32,000 bases of DNA, from the NCBI RefSeq assembly GCF_001997385.1, contig NZ_CP019633.1, positions 2,250,001 through 2,282,000 on the forward strand, read 5' to 3'. A program made the translations under genes and the position numbers. This DNA comes from Sedimentisphaera cyanobacteriorum (lineage in GTDB: Bacteria > Planctomycetota > Phycisphaerae > Sedimentisphaerales > Sedimentisphaeraceae). The notes below the pieces were generated by a model. The model was not told the DNA's origin, searched no databases, and saw nothing but the letters and a program-made list of their open reading frames with translations. Numbering within the stretch: position 1 is the first letter of the stretch; each line of letters opens with the position of its first letter. This document shows positions 1 through 8,813 of this stretch, piece after piece.

Positions 1-1004
1 CGTTTCTCAAGCTGCCTTATCTGTTTGCGCATCTTTGGCACTTTTGGAAGCGAGACATACATTCTCTTTGCTTCGTTTTCTTCTAATGCCGGCTGACCTA
101 TAACTCGTTTGCCGTCCGGAATATCGTCCATTATTGCAGATTTCCCGCCAACCATAACTTGATTGCCAACTTTAATATGCCCAACTACCGCAGACTGACC
201 GCCTAAAACGCAGTACTGCCCGAGCTCGGCCGTGCCGGCAATCCCAACCTGAGGGACAAGCATACACCCGCGTCCGATTCGAGCGCCATGGCCGATAACC
301 ACGCAGTCGCCGATTTTTGCGCAGTCGCCGATTGTCGTATCCCTCAGCGAACCACGCTCTACAGCTGAGTTCGCTCCTATTTCCACATCATCACCGAGGA
401 TGACGCTTTTGATATGCGGGATCTTGTGGTGGAAGCCGTCATTCTCAGCGAACCCGAAGCCGTCCTGCCCTACAGAGCAGTTCGATTGCAGGATTACCCG
501 GCTGCCTATCCGGCATTCCTCAAAGACAACAGCGTTCGGGTAGAGGATGCAGCCTTCGCCCAGCTGTGTTTCCCTGCCCACAAACGCACCGGGATACAGC
601 ACGCAGCCCTCGCCTATGACGGCGTTTTCATCGATGAATACGTTTTCGTAAATCGTGCAGCCAGAGCCTATTTCCGCCGATTCGCTTATAAACGCTCTCT
701 CGCTGATTGACGGGGCTCGGTGTTTTCTGTGGCCGAAAATAAACTCAACAATCCTGCAGAAGGCATAATATGGCGAACTGCATATAAGCTGAGCCCTTGC
801 GTTTGTTTCCAATTCCTCCTCGAGGATAACTGCATCGGCCTTTGTATCTTTAAGAAATTTGAAATATTTTCTGTTCGAGAGGAACGTAACCGCACCCTCG
901 CCCGCCTCCTGTATCGGAGCGGCTGTATGTATGATAGTTTCAGGATCGCCTCTTACCTCGCAGCCGAAACGGTCTGCAAGCTGCTGAACCGTATATTTTT
1001 GCAT
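1..1004 (-). CDS. lpxD: UDP-3-O-acylglucosamine N-acyltransferase (LpxD); the C-terminal end runs off the left edge
   Basis: I translated the minus strand from ATG 1004..1002: MQKYTVQQLADRFGCEVRGDPETIIHTAAPIQEAGEGAVTFLSNRKYFKFLKDTKADAVIL... A long run of hexapeptide (left-handed beta-helix) repeats follows (IGSGCTIYENVFIDENAVIGEGCVLYPGAFVG..., IGDCAKIGDCVVIGHGARIGRGCML...). The frame stays open to base 1, which is why it is missing from the ORF track. Confidence 0.85.
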   Translation of the reverse strand, partial: MQKYTVQQLADRFGCEVRGDPETIIHTAAPIQEAGEGAVTFLSNRKYFKFLKDTKADAVILEEELETNARAQLICSSPYYAFCRIVEFIFGHRKHRAPSISERAFISESAEIGSGCTIYENVFIDENAVIGEGCVLYPGAFVGRETQLGEGCILYPNAVVFEECRIGSRVILQSNCSVGQDGFGFAENDGFHHKIPHIKSVILGDDVEIGANSAVERGSLRDTTIGDCAKIGDCVVIGHGARIGRGCMLVPQVGIAGTAELGQYCVLGGQSAVVGHIKVGNQVMVGGKSAIMDDIPDGKRVIGQPALEENEAKRMYVSLPKVPKMRKQIRQLEK

Positions 1005-1095
1005 ATAGCTTTTCCATAAATTAATTTTTGCAGTGCAAATAGTATATACTGTTTAACCAAATTTTCAAGCAATTCAGCGCACACTGCACCGCTCA

Positions 1096-1149
1096 TTTTC
1101 GTGCAGCGTGGCAGGCCCGGCGGAGATATTAGCCTTAAAGCTCAGCTTT
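1096..1149 (-). repeat. 54-bp relic copy of the 3' coding segment of the oxidoreductase beta-subunit gene (partner 4322..4375)
   Basis: Two perfect 13-mers (ttttcgtgcagcg and cggcggagatatt) occur with identical 9-nt spacing at 1096-1130 and 4322-4356. Similarity continues to 1149/4375, about 43 of 54 positions by hand count. The relic reads KLSFKANISAGPATLHE on the minus strand, against [17 protein letters not shown] in the intact gene. Confidence 0.7.
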
Positions 1150-4056
1150 AAGCTTTGCCTTTTCGAATTCGGCAAAATCTTGAAAATTCACTGTTTCATC
1201 ACTATTCAGATCAGCATTATAACAGTCATAATAAGTTGAACACACATCTCTGAGCCATTTAGCTGCCAAAAATTCAAGGTCATCCAAATTCAACTGCCCG
1301 TCATTATCTAAATCTGCCTGCGGGGCATAGATTTCAAATTCATAAATACTTGGCACAGTTTCGGCGCTGGTAAACAGCAGGCGAACTTTGTCAGATGATA
1401 CAGGCTCGAAAATATCCGTCTTTTCAGAATTGATATATCCTCCTGTGAAAGCGTCTTTCCAGCCATTGTTATAATACTGAATTTTGTAACTCACGATCCG
1501 TTCTCTGAATTCCTTTATCACGGTCTTTCCAAATGTAATCTTCTCGGGGAATTCAAATAACAGCCAAGAATTGCTCACATCTCCAACTCCCGAGTTCCAC
1601 CGGCTCTGGGAATCTCCGTCATTTACTTCTTCAGCCCCATAACCCACGCCCCAGCTGCTCGAGGCGCTTGCGACGGCTCCAAGTGCCAGATTTAATTTTG
1701 GCTCTGGCCTGACCGGCTTTGGGATTTCAGTTTTGGCAAATGCATCTATAACCAGCATATTACTGCTGCTTGACGGATTTTTCTGTTCGGAAACAAGCAC
1801 TCCCGCATTGTGATAACCAAAGCTCAGGTCATCGGACACATACAAAAGAGTATGCATTTCTCTGTCCGGGTTATAACAGTCCACACTGTCAATTTTTTGC
1901 TGTCCGAGGTATATATCCGCTATGCCTCCGTCCGTTCTTTTAGACCCGAAAATTCTGAAACCTTGGCCGAGAAAGCTGAAGCTCATCATCTCTCCGATCT
2001 GATCATTATACACGGCACTGCCGCCGAAAAGCTCGCTGTTATTAAAAGAATTCCACCCCCAGCTGTAAACGCTCGAGGCCTTTTCATCCACCATCGACCA
2101 TCTGCCGATTGGTTTTACAATCAAATTATCAAACTGGTTAAGATCAAAACTGCTTCCAAAACAGCACTGCCCGGCCTTTCGTCTTGAATCTTCTATCTCA
2201 CAGATCTTCTTTGAATCGAGATAAGTTCTTATTTCGTCGTTGATAAACCGAATTTTCAGATTATGCCATTTACTGCCGTCAAACCCGCTAACACTGCCGC
2301 TTTCAATAACACTCTCATCAGCAGCCACGTCATCGTAAGTTATCTTCCAGTCGCCCTGTTTATTTATCACAAAACAGTACCCGCTCTTAACCTGATGATC
2401 GCCCTTCCTGCCTCCAATATAAACAAAACCATCTTCAATATAGATATCTGCGTTTAACTCGTAATCCCTCCAGCTCATCTCACCGAACAGCGACATTGCG
2501 GCTGAGGGATTCACCTGGGGCCACCATAAATAAGTCTCATTTACCTCCGGTACAATTTGCTCTAAACACAGCCCTTCTCTGTCTCCTTTGCACTCTGCTG
2601 TCTCAAATGTACCCTGCATATCCGATAAATACTTCGCTGTCGCTCCAATTTCGTAATTCTCAAAATCCTCACTGTAAGGCATAGGGAAGGTCTCGTAAGA
2701 AGGTACTTCGTGAGCGGGCTGTCCCTTTTGCTGTCCGGCAGTCGTGGTTATGGAATACATCGCATCAGCAGTTGTATTCAAAGTAAAGCTGCTGCCTGTT
2801 ACTTTAATATCCTCAAGCTTTACAAAATAACTGCTTGAAGTTGTTCTCCAGACATGAACGGTATCAGCTGAAACCCCCGTCAAATTAAACTTTATCGTTT
2901 CAGGATTTTCGCTGTAAATTATAGTGCTCCAGTTATCAGAATCCGGGTCTTTCAAAGTGGCATAATTACCCGAACCCGATAAATATCCGCACGCATCATT
3001 AAGATATTTCCAGCCAACTTCGGTAAACTGAGTGTAATGCGCCACCCCCCACACTGCGGGGTATATTTCGTAGTGATTAGACCATGGCTGGTCTGCTTTA
3101 ATAAGCCCTGATTTTGTCCAGTTAACACCTTCTGCGCACCCGTCAACAACGTTCCAAACCTGCATATTCGTTATTCTGCCCTTAATATAGAGCCTGTTCA
3201 TACGCTCAACGATTCCTGTCGCTGCACCCCAGCTGCCGTGGCCTGCCGTATCTCCGCTGCTCCACAGTTTTTTGCCTGTGTCGATTATTTCCTTAGGAGG
3301 GTATGAACAAGGAGCATGGGGAGGTTTCTGGTCGATATTGTGTCCGCCGCAGGCATCGACAATTGATTCATACTCTGGATGAGATTCGAATACCTCGAAT
3401 ATTCTCCAAGCCCACCAGCCTCCATCCAGAAGCAGAATATTAAGGTCATAGCTGTTTCTGTTCATTGTAGGGATAAAGGTGTTTTTGCACCACTCAAGAT
3501 TCTCTTCGATTTCCTCATAGGTACGTATTGTTTCTGTTTTTGTCGGCGTGATCCAGTCTAACTCCACTCCCCATTCATTTTTCGCCTCATCAAGAAACGC
3601 CGTAATATAATCAGCTGTATCCTGAGAAAACTGCTCGGTAAACCAATATGGAAAAGCAAAGAGCATACAATCAAATACAATATTGGGATTGCGGTCTTGA
3701 GCTTCTTTCATCAGCCAGAATTCATAACCTCGCGAAACAGGGTCGTTAAGTTCATCTCTGGTAATAGCATGGCTTGGTTCAGCACCGGAGGTAGAATTGA
3801 AACTCGAACCAATCTCCACACGGAAATGCTGAAGCGAAGCACCGAAATTGGGCTTAAAGAGCATATCGAGTATATCACTTCGACAGGGCTCCTCGTAATC
3901 AATCAAAAGCCGCGAATTTCCGCCCGAACTCCACGCACCCATGCCGTCAAAAGTCCTGCCCTCGCTGGATGAATTTACATTTACTGTGGCAGCTGTTAAA
4001 GAAACGCTTAGAAAAACTAATAAAGATGCTGCAGCTGCGCTGATATGTTTTATCAT
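1135..4056 (-). CDS. Secreted GH59-like (galactosylceramidase-like) multidomain protein with a CBM-like beta-sandwich, an F5/8 type C (discoidin) module and C-terminal dockerin-type repeats
   Basis: The ORF track gives 1135..4143, but 4143 is a GTG. ATG 4056 yields a signal-peptide-like N-terminus (MIKHISAAAASLLVFLSVSLTAATV). The N-terminal ~640 aa match my memory of GALC/GH59: FDGMGAWSSGGNSRLLIDYEEPCRSDILDMLFKPNFGASL, YEFWLMKEAQDRNPNI, KKLWSSGD, QPWSNHYE, and the lectin-domain end QFDNLIVKP. Downstream is NLALGA..SSSW..EVNDGDSQSRWNS (discoidin-like), then DLDNDGQLNLDD and DLNSDETVNFQD (dockerin/EF-hand-like). Confidence 0.8.
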   Translation of the reverse strand: MIKHISAAAASLLVFLSVSLTAATVNVNSSSEGRTFDGMGAWSSGGNSRLLIDYEEPCRSDILDMLFKPNFGASLQHFRVEIGSSFNSTSGAEPSHAITRDELNDPVSRGYEFWLMKEAQDRNPNIVFDCMLFAFPYWFTEQFSQDTADYITAFLDEAKNEWGVELDWITPTKTETIRTYEEIEENLEWCKNTFIPTMNRNSYDLNILLLDGGWWAWRIFEVFESHPEYESIVDACGGHNIDQKPPHAPCSYPPKEIIDTGKKLWSSGDTAGHGSWGAATGIVERMNRLYIKGRITNMQVWNVVDGCAEGVNWTKSGLIKADQPWSNHYEIYPAVWGVAHYTQFTEVGWKYLNDACGYLSGSGNYATLKDPDSDNWSTIIYSENPETIKFNLTGVSADTVHVWRTTSSSYFVKLEDIKVTGSSFTLNTTADAMYSITTTAGQQKGQPAHEVPSYETFPMPYSEDFENYEIGATAKYLSDMQGTFETAECKGDREGLCLEQIVPEVNETYLWWPQVNPSAAMSLFGEMSWRDYELNADIYIEDGFVYIGGRKGDHQVKSGYCFVINKQGDWKITYDDVAADESVIESGSVSGFDGSKWHNLKIRFINDEIRTYLDSKKICEIEDSRRKAGQCCFGSSFDLNQFDNLIVKPIGRWSMVDEKASSVYSWGWNSFNNSELFGGSAVYNDQIGEMMSFSFLGQGFRIFGSKRTDGGIADIYLGQQKIDSVDCYNPDREMHTLLYVSDDLSFGYHNAGVLVSEQKNPSSSSNMLVIDAFAKTEIPKPVRPEPKLNLALGAVASASSSWGVGYGAEEVNDGDSQSRWNSGVGDVSNSWLLFEFPEKITFGKTVIKEFRERIVSYKIQYYNNGWKDAFTGGYINSEKTDIFEPVSSDKVRLLFTSAETVPSIYEFEIYAPQADLDNDGQLNLDDLEFLAAKWLRDVCSTYYDCYNADLNSDETVNFQDFAEFEKAKLKAEL

Positions 4057-4269
4057 ATTTCTTTTTCCACTTAAATTATTCTTCACTTTGCTCGGTAAAG
4101 ATATTGATTCGCTTCTTGTTTTATAATTGTCTCTGGTAAGCACTGCGGAAGCTTCACTCTCAATCCCTGCGGGTTGTTGTTTCTATAGCTATCATTTAGA
4201 GCCATAAATCTGAGGCAATTTCATTCTGTATTTATGAACGCTCAGGCAGTATGGTTCTGCACGCTGAAA

Positions 4270-5121
4270 CTACGAAGCGAAGCTCTTTATCAGCGATTCG
4301 AGCTTATCAGTATCAAGGCGTTTTTCGTGCAGCGGTTCCGGGCCGGCGGAGATATTCTCCTCGAAGCTCGGCTTCTGTGATTTATAGAATACACCAAGTG
4401 CAAGCTTGTCCGTCTTGCAGGCGAGGCTGAATGCCCTGTCTCTCTCAGAGGGGTCGTGGGTATCTTCTAAGCGGTAGGTGTTTTCCTTAAACCACTTATA
4501 GTTGTTCACCTTATTGAAGCTCGGGCAGGGCTGAAGCAGGTCAACAAGGGCGTAGCCATTATGCCTAACCGCCTGCTTTATTATATCCTTCGTAAGCTCT
4601 TTGTCTGTAATGCTCGTTCTTGCAGCGAAGCCCGCATCAAGCCCAATCGCCACGGCAAGCGGGTTGAACGGCTCAAGCACTACGCCGTTAATCTGAACGC
4701 CGGTTTTAAAGCCGGGCCGGCTTGTGGGGGAGGCCTGGCCTTTGGTAAGCCCGTAAACCATATTATCATGCACGATATTGGTGATATTCGGATTCCGGCG
4801 AATTGTATGGATAAAGTGGTTTCCGCCTTCGCCGTACATATCGCCGTCGCCGCTTTCAGCTATCACGGTAAGCGAGGGGCTGCTAACCTTTATCGCTGTA
4901 GCGGGGGAGAGAGCCCGTCCGTGCAGGCCGTTGAAGAAGTTGGCTTTGAGGTAATGCGGAATCTTTGCCGCCTGACCGATTCCCGAAACCATAACAAGCT
5001 GCTCGGGGGAAATCTCAAGCTCTGCAAGCGAATCCTTCAGCACGTCTAAAATCGAAAAGTTCCCGCACCCGGGGCACCACGCAATATCAATATTCCCCAT
5101 ATCAAATTTATCAGCATTCAT
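4270..5121 (-). CDS. 2-oxoacid:ferredoxin oxidoreductase, beta (TPP-binding) subunit
   Basis: 283-aa ORF. The N-terminal [14 protein letters not shown] motif and the [16 protein letters not shown]-binding motif are typical of KorB/OorB-type beta subunits. A GAGGTGA Shine-Dalgarno lies upstream of ATG 5121. It sits 10 nt downstream of the alpha-subunit gene. Confidence 0.85.
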   Translation of the reverse strand: MNADKFDMGNIDIAWCPGCGNFSILDVLKDSLAELEISPEQLVMVSGIGQAAKIPHYLKANFFNGLHGRALSPATAIKVSSPSLTVIAESGDGDMYGEGGNHFIHTIRRNPNITNIVHDNMVYGLTKGQASPTSRPGFKTGVQINGVVLEPFNPLAVAIGLDAGFAARTSITDKELTKDIIKQAVRHNGYALVDLLQPCPSFNKVNNYKWFKENTYRLEDTHDPSERDRAFSLACKTDKLALGVFYKSQKPSFEENISAGPEPLHEKRLDTDKLESLIKSFAS

Positions 5122-5131
5122 TTCTCACCTC

Positions 5132-6847
5132 TTAAAACATCTCGTTAATCTTTTCTGAAAGCGCATCAGCCGCAAACGGCATCCCGTTGTATTTGAGGAT
5201 CTTCTCATCCGGCTCAAAATCGAGCTGGAGCTTGAGCAGTTTGGCAAACTGCCCTGTGGCATTATTCTCCAAAACGGCCGTTTTCTTCGCTCTTTTCAGC
5301 TTTTCAATCGCCTTCTCGGGCACTGGATACACCTGACTGAAATGCAGCATTGCTGTATCGCTTCTGCCGGAAAGCTCAATCGCCTCTTTAACTATATTGT
5401 AATTCGAGCCCCAGCATACAATAATATTCTCGTAATCCTCCGCGCCAACAAGAGACGGCTGCACAGTTTCGGCCTTGGCGGCCTCAAGCTTCTTGAGGCG
5501 TTTATCGTTCATCTTTACCCTCAGCTCGAGATCTTCTGTTATCCTGCCCTGCTGGTCGTGTTCGTCGCTGTCCTGACAAACCAGCCCCTCTCCGAAACCG
5601 GGAACGCCTCTTGGGGAGATGCCGTTTTCAGTGAGCTTATAGCGGAGGTAGTCCTTATCGGTTTTTGTGATATAACTGCTTTTTTTCAGCCCCTCAAGGC
5701 TGAATGTTTCGGTGTTGTAGTATGAATCCATAAAGTACTGGTCTGTAAGGATTATCACCGGCACCTGATACTTATCTGCTGTATCGAAGGCCTTTTTCGC
5801 AAGGCTGAAGGCCTCGCTGAGCGTTCCCGGGGCAAGGATAATCCGCGGGAATTCGCCGTGGCCGGAGTATAGGGCGAGTTCGAGATCGCCCTGCTCGGTT
5901 CTGGTGGGAAGGCCTGTAGCAGGCCCCGGTCTCTGGGCAAGGTGCATCACAAGCGGGCTCTCCATCATCCCCGCAAGGCTCACGCCCTCGCTCATAAGGG
6001 CAAAGCCCCCGCCGGAGGTAGTGATCATCGCCCTCGCTCCGGCATACCACGCCCCTACAGCCATATTCACCGCTGCTATCTCGTCCTCGGCCTGCTCTGC
6101 TATCAGCCCAAGCCCTCCGCCATTCTGGGCGAGAAACGCGAGAACCGCCGTTGAGGGAGACATCGGATAAGACGATATAAAATTGCATCCGCCCGCAAGA
6201 GCTCCCAGCCCGACCGCCTGAGCCCCGTTCACAAGCATTCTGCCCTGAACATCCGGCTCGCCGGAAAGCTTAAGCCCTGCACCGAAATCCTCTGCGGGCT
6301 TTTCTGCCATCTCGAAGCCTTTTTGGAGTGCCTGCTGGTTTTTTTCGATTATCTCATCGGATTTGCCGCCGAAAAATCTCTCCAAGGGCTCTTTTACCTC
6401 CTCCGCAGGGATCCCCAGCAGCCTGAGCAATGCGCCCACAGCAACAGTGTTGGCATACACCTTTCCGCCGAGGTCTTTCGCTGCCTGCGAGAAGCCGGCC
6501 TCAAAGAAGCTGCCTGTATCCCCGAAGCCGGAAAGCACTTCCTTTTCGCCCATTATCACAGTCTCAGGTGAGATGCGTTTTGCGAGGTGGCCGCCTGCGC
6601 TTTTGTCCAGCGCCGCCAAAACGTCTATCCTGTTTATAAAGCCTCGCACAGGCTTCGACCCGACACGGATGAGCGTGGAATTTGTTCCGCCCCTGATGCG
6701 GGACATATACTCCTTAGTGGCAAATACATTCCAGCCCGAGGCCTTGAGAATTGATGTGAGAAGCTTCTCTACCGTTTGAATACCCTGACCTGCCTGACCG
6801 CACAAGACAATAGACACACCTGAGTTTTCACTGCGCAATGCGTTCAT
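5132..6847 (-). CDS. 2-oxoacid:acceptor oxidoreductase, alpha subunit with fused N-terminal gamma domain
   Basis: 571-aa ORF. The N-terminal VSIVLCGQAGQGIQT...RGGTNSTLIRV resembles the gamma domain. A pyruvate/2-oxoacid oxidoreductase core follows (NGAQAVGLGALAGGCNFISSYPMSPST...). A GGGGAG Shine-Dalgarno precedes ATG 6847. Substrate specificity cannot be read from the sequence. Confidence 0.85.
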   Translation of the reverse strand: MNALRSENSGVSIVLCGQAGQGIQTVEKLLTSILKASGWNVFATKEYMSRIRGGTNSTLIRVGSKPVRGFINRIDVLAALDKSAGGHLAKRISPETVIMGEKEVLSGFGDTGSFFEAGFSQAAKDLGGKVYANTVAVGALLRLLGIPAEEVKEPLERFFGGKSDEIIEKNQQALQKGFEMAEKPAEDFGAGLKLSGEPDVQGRMLVNGAQAVGLGALAGGCNFISSYPMSPSTAVLAFLAQNGGGLGLIAEQAEDEIAAVNMAVGAWYAGARAMITTSGGGFALMSEGVSLAGMMESPLVMHLAQRPGPATGLPTRTEQGDLELALYSGHGEFPRIILAPGTLSEAFSLAKKAFDTADKYQVPVIILTDQYFMDSYYNTETFSLEGLKKSSYITKTDKDYLRYKLTENGISPRGVPGFGEGLVCQDSDEHDQQGRITEDLELRVKMNDKRLKKLEAAKAETVQPSLVGAEDYENIIVCWGSNYNIVKEAIELSGRSDTAMLHFSQVYPVPEKAIEKLKRAKKTAVLENNATGQFAKLLKLQLDFEPDEKILKYNGMPFAADALSEKINEMF

Positions 6848-7056
6848 CTTTTCTCCCCTTTTCGCTTAAACTAACGCCCGCTGAAGAATAGACAAGCGGG
6901 CAAATAATATATTTCCTAACCATATATAGCATTATAAAGCCCTTTGTTCAAGAAAAATCAATTTCTAACTGGCAGATATAAGCGGAAATATTCTTCGCAG
7001 GCCTTCTTTGCTTCGTGGTTTAAACAAATCCCCTGCCCTAAAAATTGTGTTTTTTA

Positions 7057-7490
7057 TTTACCACGAAGCCTCGAAACACACGAAGAGGATATTTTGTTGC
7101 TTTATTATTCACAGATGGCACAGATTTTATTTGGATTATACCACGAAAAAACGATATTTTATTGGAATTAGTGAAGATTAGCGGCAAGTGGCAAGTGGCG
7201 AGTGGCAAGCGGCAAGTGGCAAAATCATAAGCGAAAAATCTTTTCTAAAAGAATGCCTAGCGGGTCCGCCACGGCGAACTCCGCTGTAGTACGGGGGATG
7301 TTTAACATTGAGCCTGTCCGCCGCAGGCGGAGAGGTATCGGAGAAATGCAGATAAATGTTCGTTTCGTGAAATCGCAGCGAAGTTTATTATCCACAGATT
7401 CTCGCGGATGGCACAGATATTTTTTAATAATGTAAAGCATTGCAATAAAACAATTTATATCAAAATCCTTCGCGCCCTTCATGGTTTAAA
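7057..7490. repeat. Modular intergenic repeat locus A, sharing four blocks with locus B at 26388..27240
   Basis: Shared blocks, same orientation. (M1) tttaccacgaa..cgaaacacacgaag at 7057-7095 versus 26388-26427. (M2) cacagatggcacagat at 7110-7125 and 7392-7418 versus 26498-26524. (M3) gtaaagc.ttgc.ataaaacaatttatatcaaaatccttcgc.cccttc at 7432-7480 versus 26536-26584, with 29 nt identical in a row. (M4) 7166-7288 versus 26641-26777. Block order differs between the two loci. Confidence 0.85.
7181..7222. repeat. Tandem heptamer tract (GTGGCAA-like) x6
   Basis: It reads gcggcaa gtggcaa gtggcga gtggcaa gcggcaa gtggcaa. The same tract at 26656..26711, in the same flanking context, has 8 units. Confidence 0.9.
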
Positions 7491-7542
7491 AATACTCTGT
7501 CAATCCTGTAAAAAATCATAAAAATTTGACGAAATTTTTATT

Positions 7543-8724
7543 TCAGCCTCGGGAGAAGCGTTTTGCAAGGCATACAACAAATAGCGAGATGAGAAACGTT
7601 CCGCTGATCGCCTCGAACATCGCAACCGCCCTTGTGAATGTGTCTGTTGCGTTTGGATAAACATCGCCGAAACCGAGGGTTGTGAATGTGATAACGCTGA
7701 AATACATACTCTCGAAGAATGACGTTCCGTTCGGGGAATGCGGACACTCCAAATCGCCCACGCTGAAATAGAGCAATCCGCAGGTGATGATCACTGTTAG
7801 TGCAGCGTAAATCACCCTTACGGGCTTTTCGCCGTAGCCGAAGAGCAGATCTCCGAGCAGGTATTCGGGAAGGAGCTTGATGCCCTTTGCGAGCTTTGCT
7901 ATCTTCTGATTCCTGTCGAGCTTGGCGAAGTTTTTGCCGTAGAACCGGCCTCTCATATTGCATTTTCGCTCTTCGTAGAAGCAGTCGCCTGCAAGTTTGT
8001 AGTAGCCGGCTTCATTTGCCGCCTGTTTTACGTAGCGCCAGAAGGTCTCCCCGTCGCCTGAGCATCGCCTTGCGAAGGTTATGTCGTAATGGGTGGGCAG
8101 GGATTTGCCCGTGGAATAAACGCCGCTGAAATCCGCTGCGCTGAAGAATACTGATTCCTTGAAGTTTCCGCCTTTGCTCAGCAGGGTGTTTATGAATCTT
8201 GCATCTTTCGAAAAGCGGGCGCGGTTGAAAAGGGCGTAGCCGTGGAATTCAACGGTTCTGAACATCGCCTGAGCTCCGAATTTGCAGTCTGTAAAAGCTG
8301 CCACGCTGTGAAATTTGCAGCCGTCGAAGCCTGCTCTGCCGTGAAAAACGCTGTCGGCAAAGCGGGTCTGACCATTAAATACGGACATATTGAATACCGC
8401 ATCCTGCTTGAAAACAATCCGCATAAGGCCTTCATCATCCCATTCCGGTGCAAAAAATACGTTCCCCTCAAACGTGCATTCATTCATAATAATCTTCTGA
8501 GTAAATGTGATTATTCTGCACTGATCTTTTACGGATGTTTGGAGGCGGGAAGTGTCGAATTTCTCCTCTTTATCAAAGAATCGGTCAACTTCCAGATCGC
8601 CGGAAACCGTGCATCTGAGAAGGCTGATATCCTGCCCGTCCGCGAGGGCCTGCAAAACCTGCGAGGCTGTAAGACGCTGATGTTCTCTTCTGAATTCCAT
8701 AACTGTATTTGAATGTATTTGCAA
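7543..8724 (-). CDS. Pentapeptide-repeat domain fused to a two-TM potassium-channel pore
   Basis: 393-aa ORF. The middle section is a run of pentapeptide repeats (AVFNMSVFNGQTRFADSVFHGRAGFDGCKFHSVAAFTDCKFGAQAMFRTVEFHGYALFNRARFSKDARF). The C-terminus has two hydrophobic helices flanking a K+ selectivity filter (FSVITFTTLGFGDVYP). Position 8724 is a TTG; the first ATG is at 8700 (MEFRR...), so the start is uncertain. Confidence 0.75.
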   Translation of the reverse strand: MQIHSNTVMEFRREHQRLTASQVLQALADGQDISLLRCTVSGDLEVDRFFDKEEKFDTSRLQTSVKDQCRIITFTQKIIMNECTFEGNVFFAPEWDDEGLMRIVFKQDAVFNMSVFNGQTRFADSVFHGRAGFDGCKFHSVAAFTDCKFGAQAMFRTVEFHGYALFNRARFSKDARFINTLLSKGGNFKESVFFSAADFSGVYSTGKSLPTHYDITFARRCSGDGETFWRYVKQAANEAGYYKLAGDCFYEERKCNMRGRFYGKNFAKLDRNQKIAKLAKGIKLLPEYLLGDLLFGYGEKPVRVIYAALTVIITCGLLYFSVGDLECPHSPNGTSFFESMYFSVITFTTLGFGDVYPNATDTFTRAVAMFEAISGTFLISLFVVCLAKRFSRG

Positions 8725-8813
8725 TGAAAATTCAACAAATTAATTTAAATAATCTGTTAAACCAAAGGCCTCGGGACACCTTATCCTGCAGAATGTTTTA
8801 TCGCAGCGTTTGC

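Noticed and set aside
414-1019. Two plus-strand ORFs (414..710 and 720..1019) offered by the track
   Set aside because: They are antisense to lpxD, which reads through the whole region on the minus strand with an unmistakable hexapeptide-repeat translation.
7181-7222. Possible CRISPR array (also 26656..26711 and 26721..27059)
   Set aside because: The units are 7 bp with no spacers. The 125-bp duplication has only two copies, with a 89-bp interval between them. No cas genes are present. This is not CRISPR-like.
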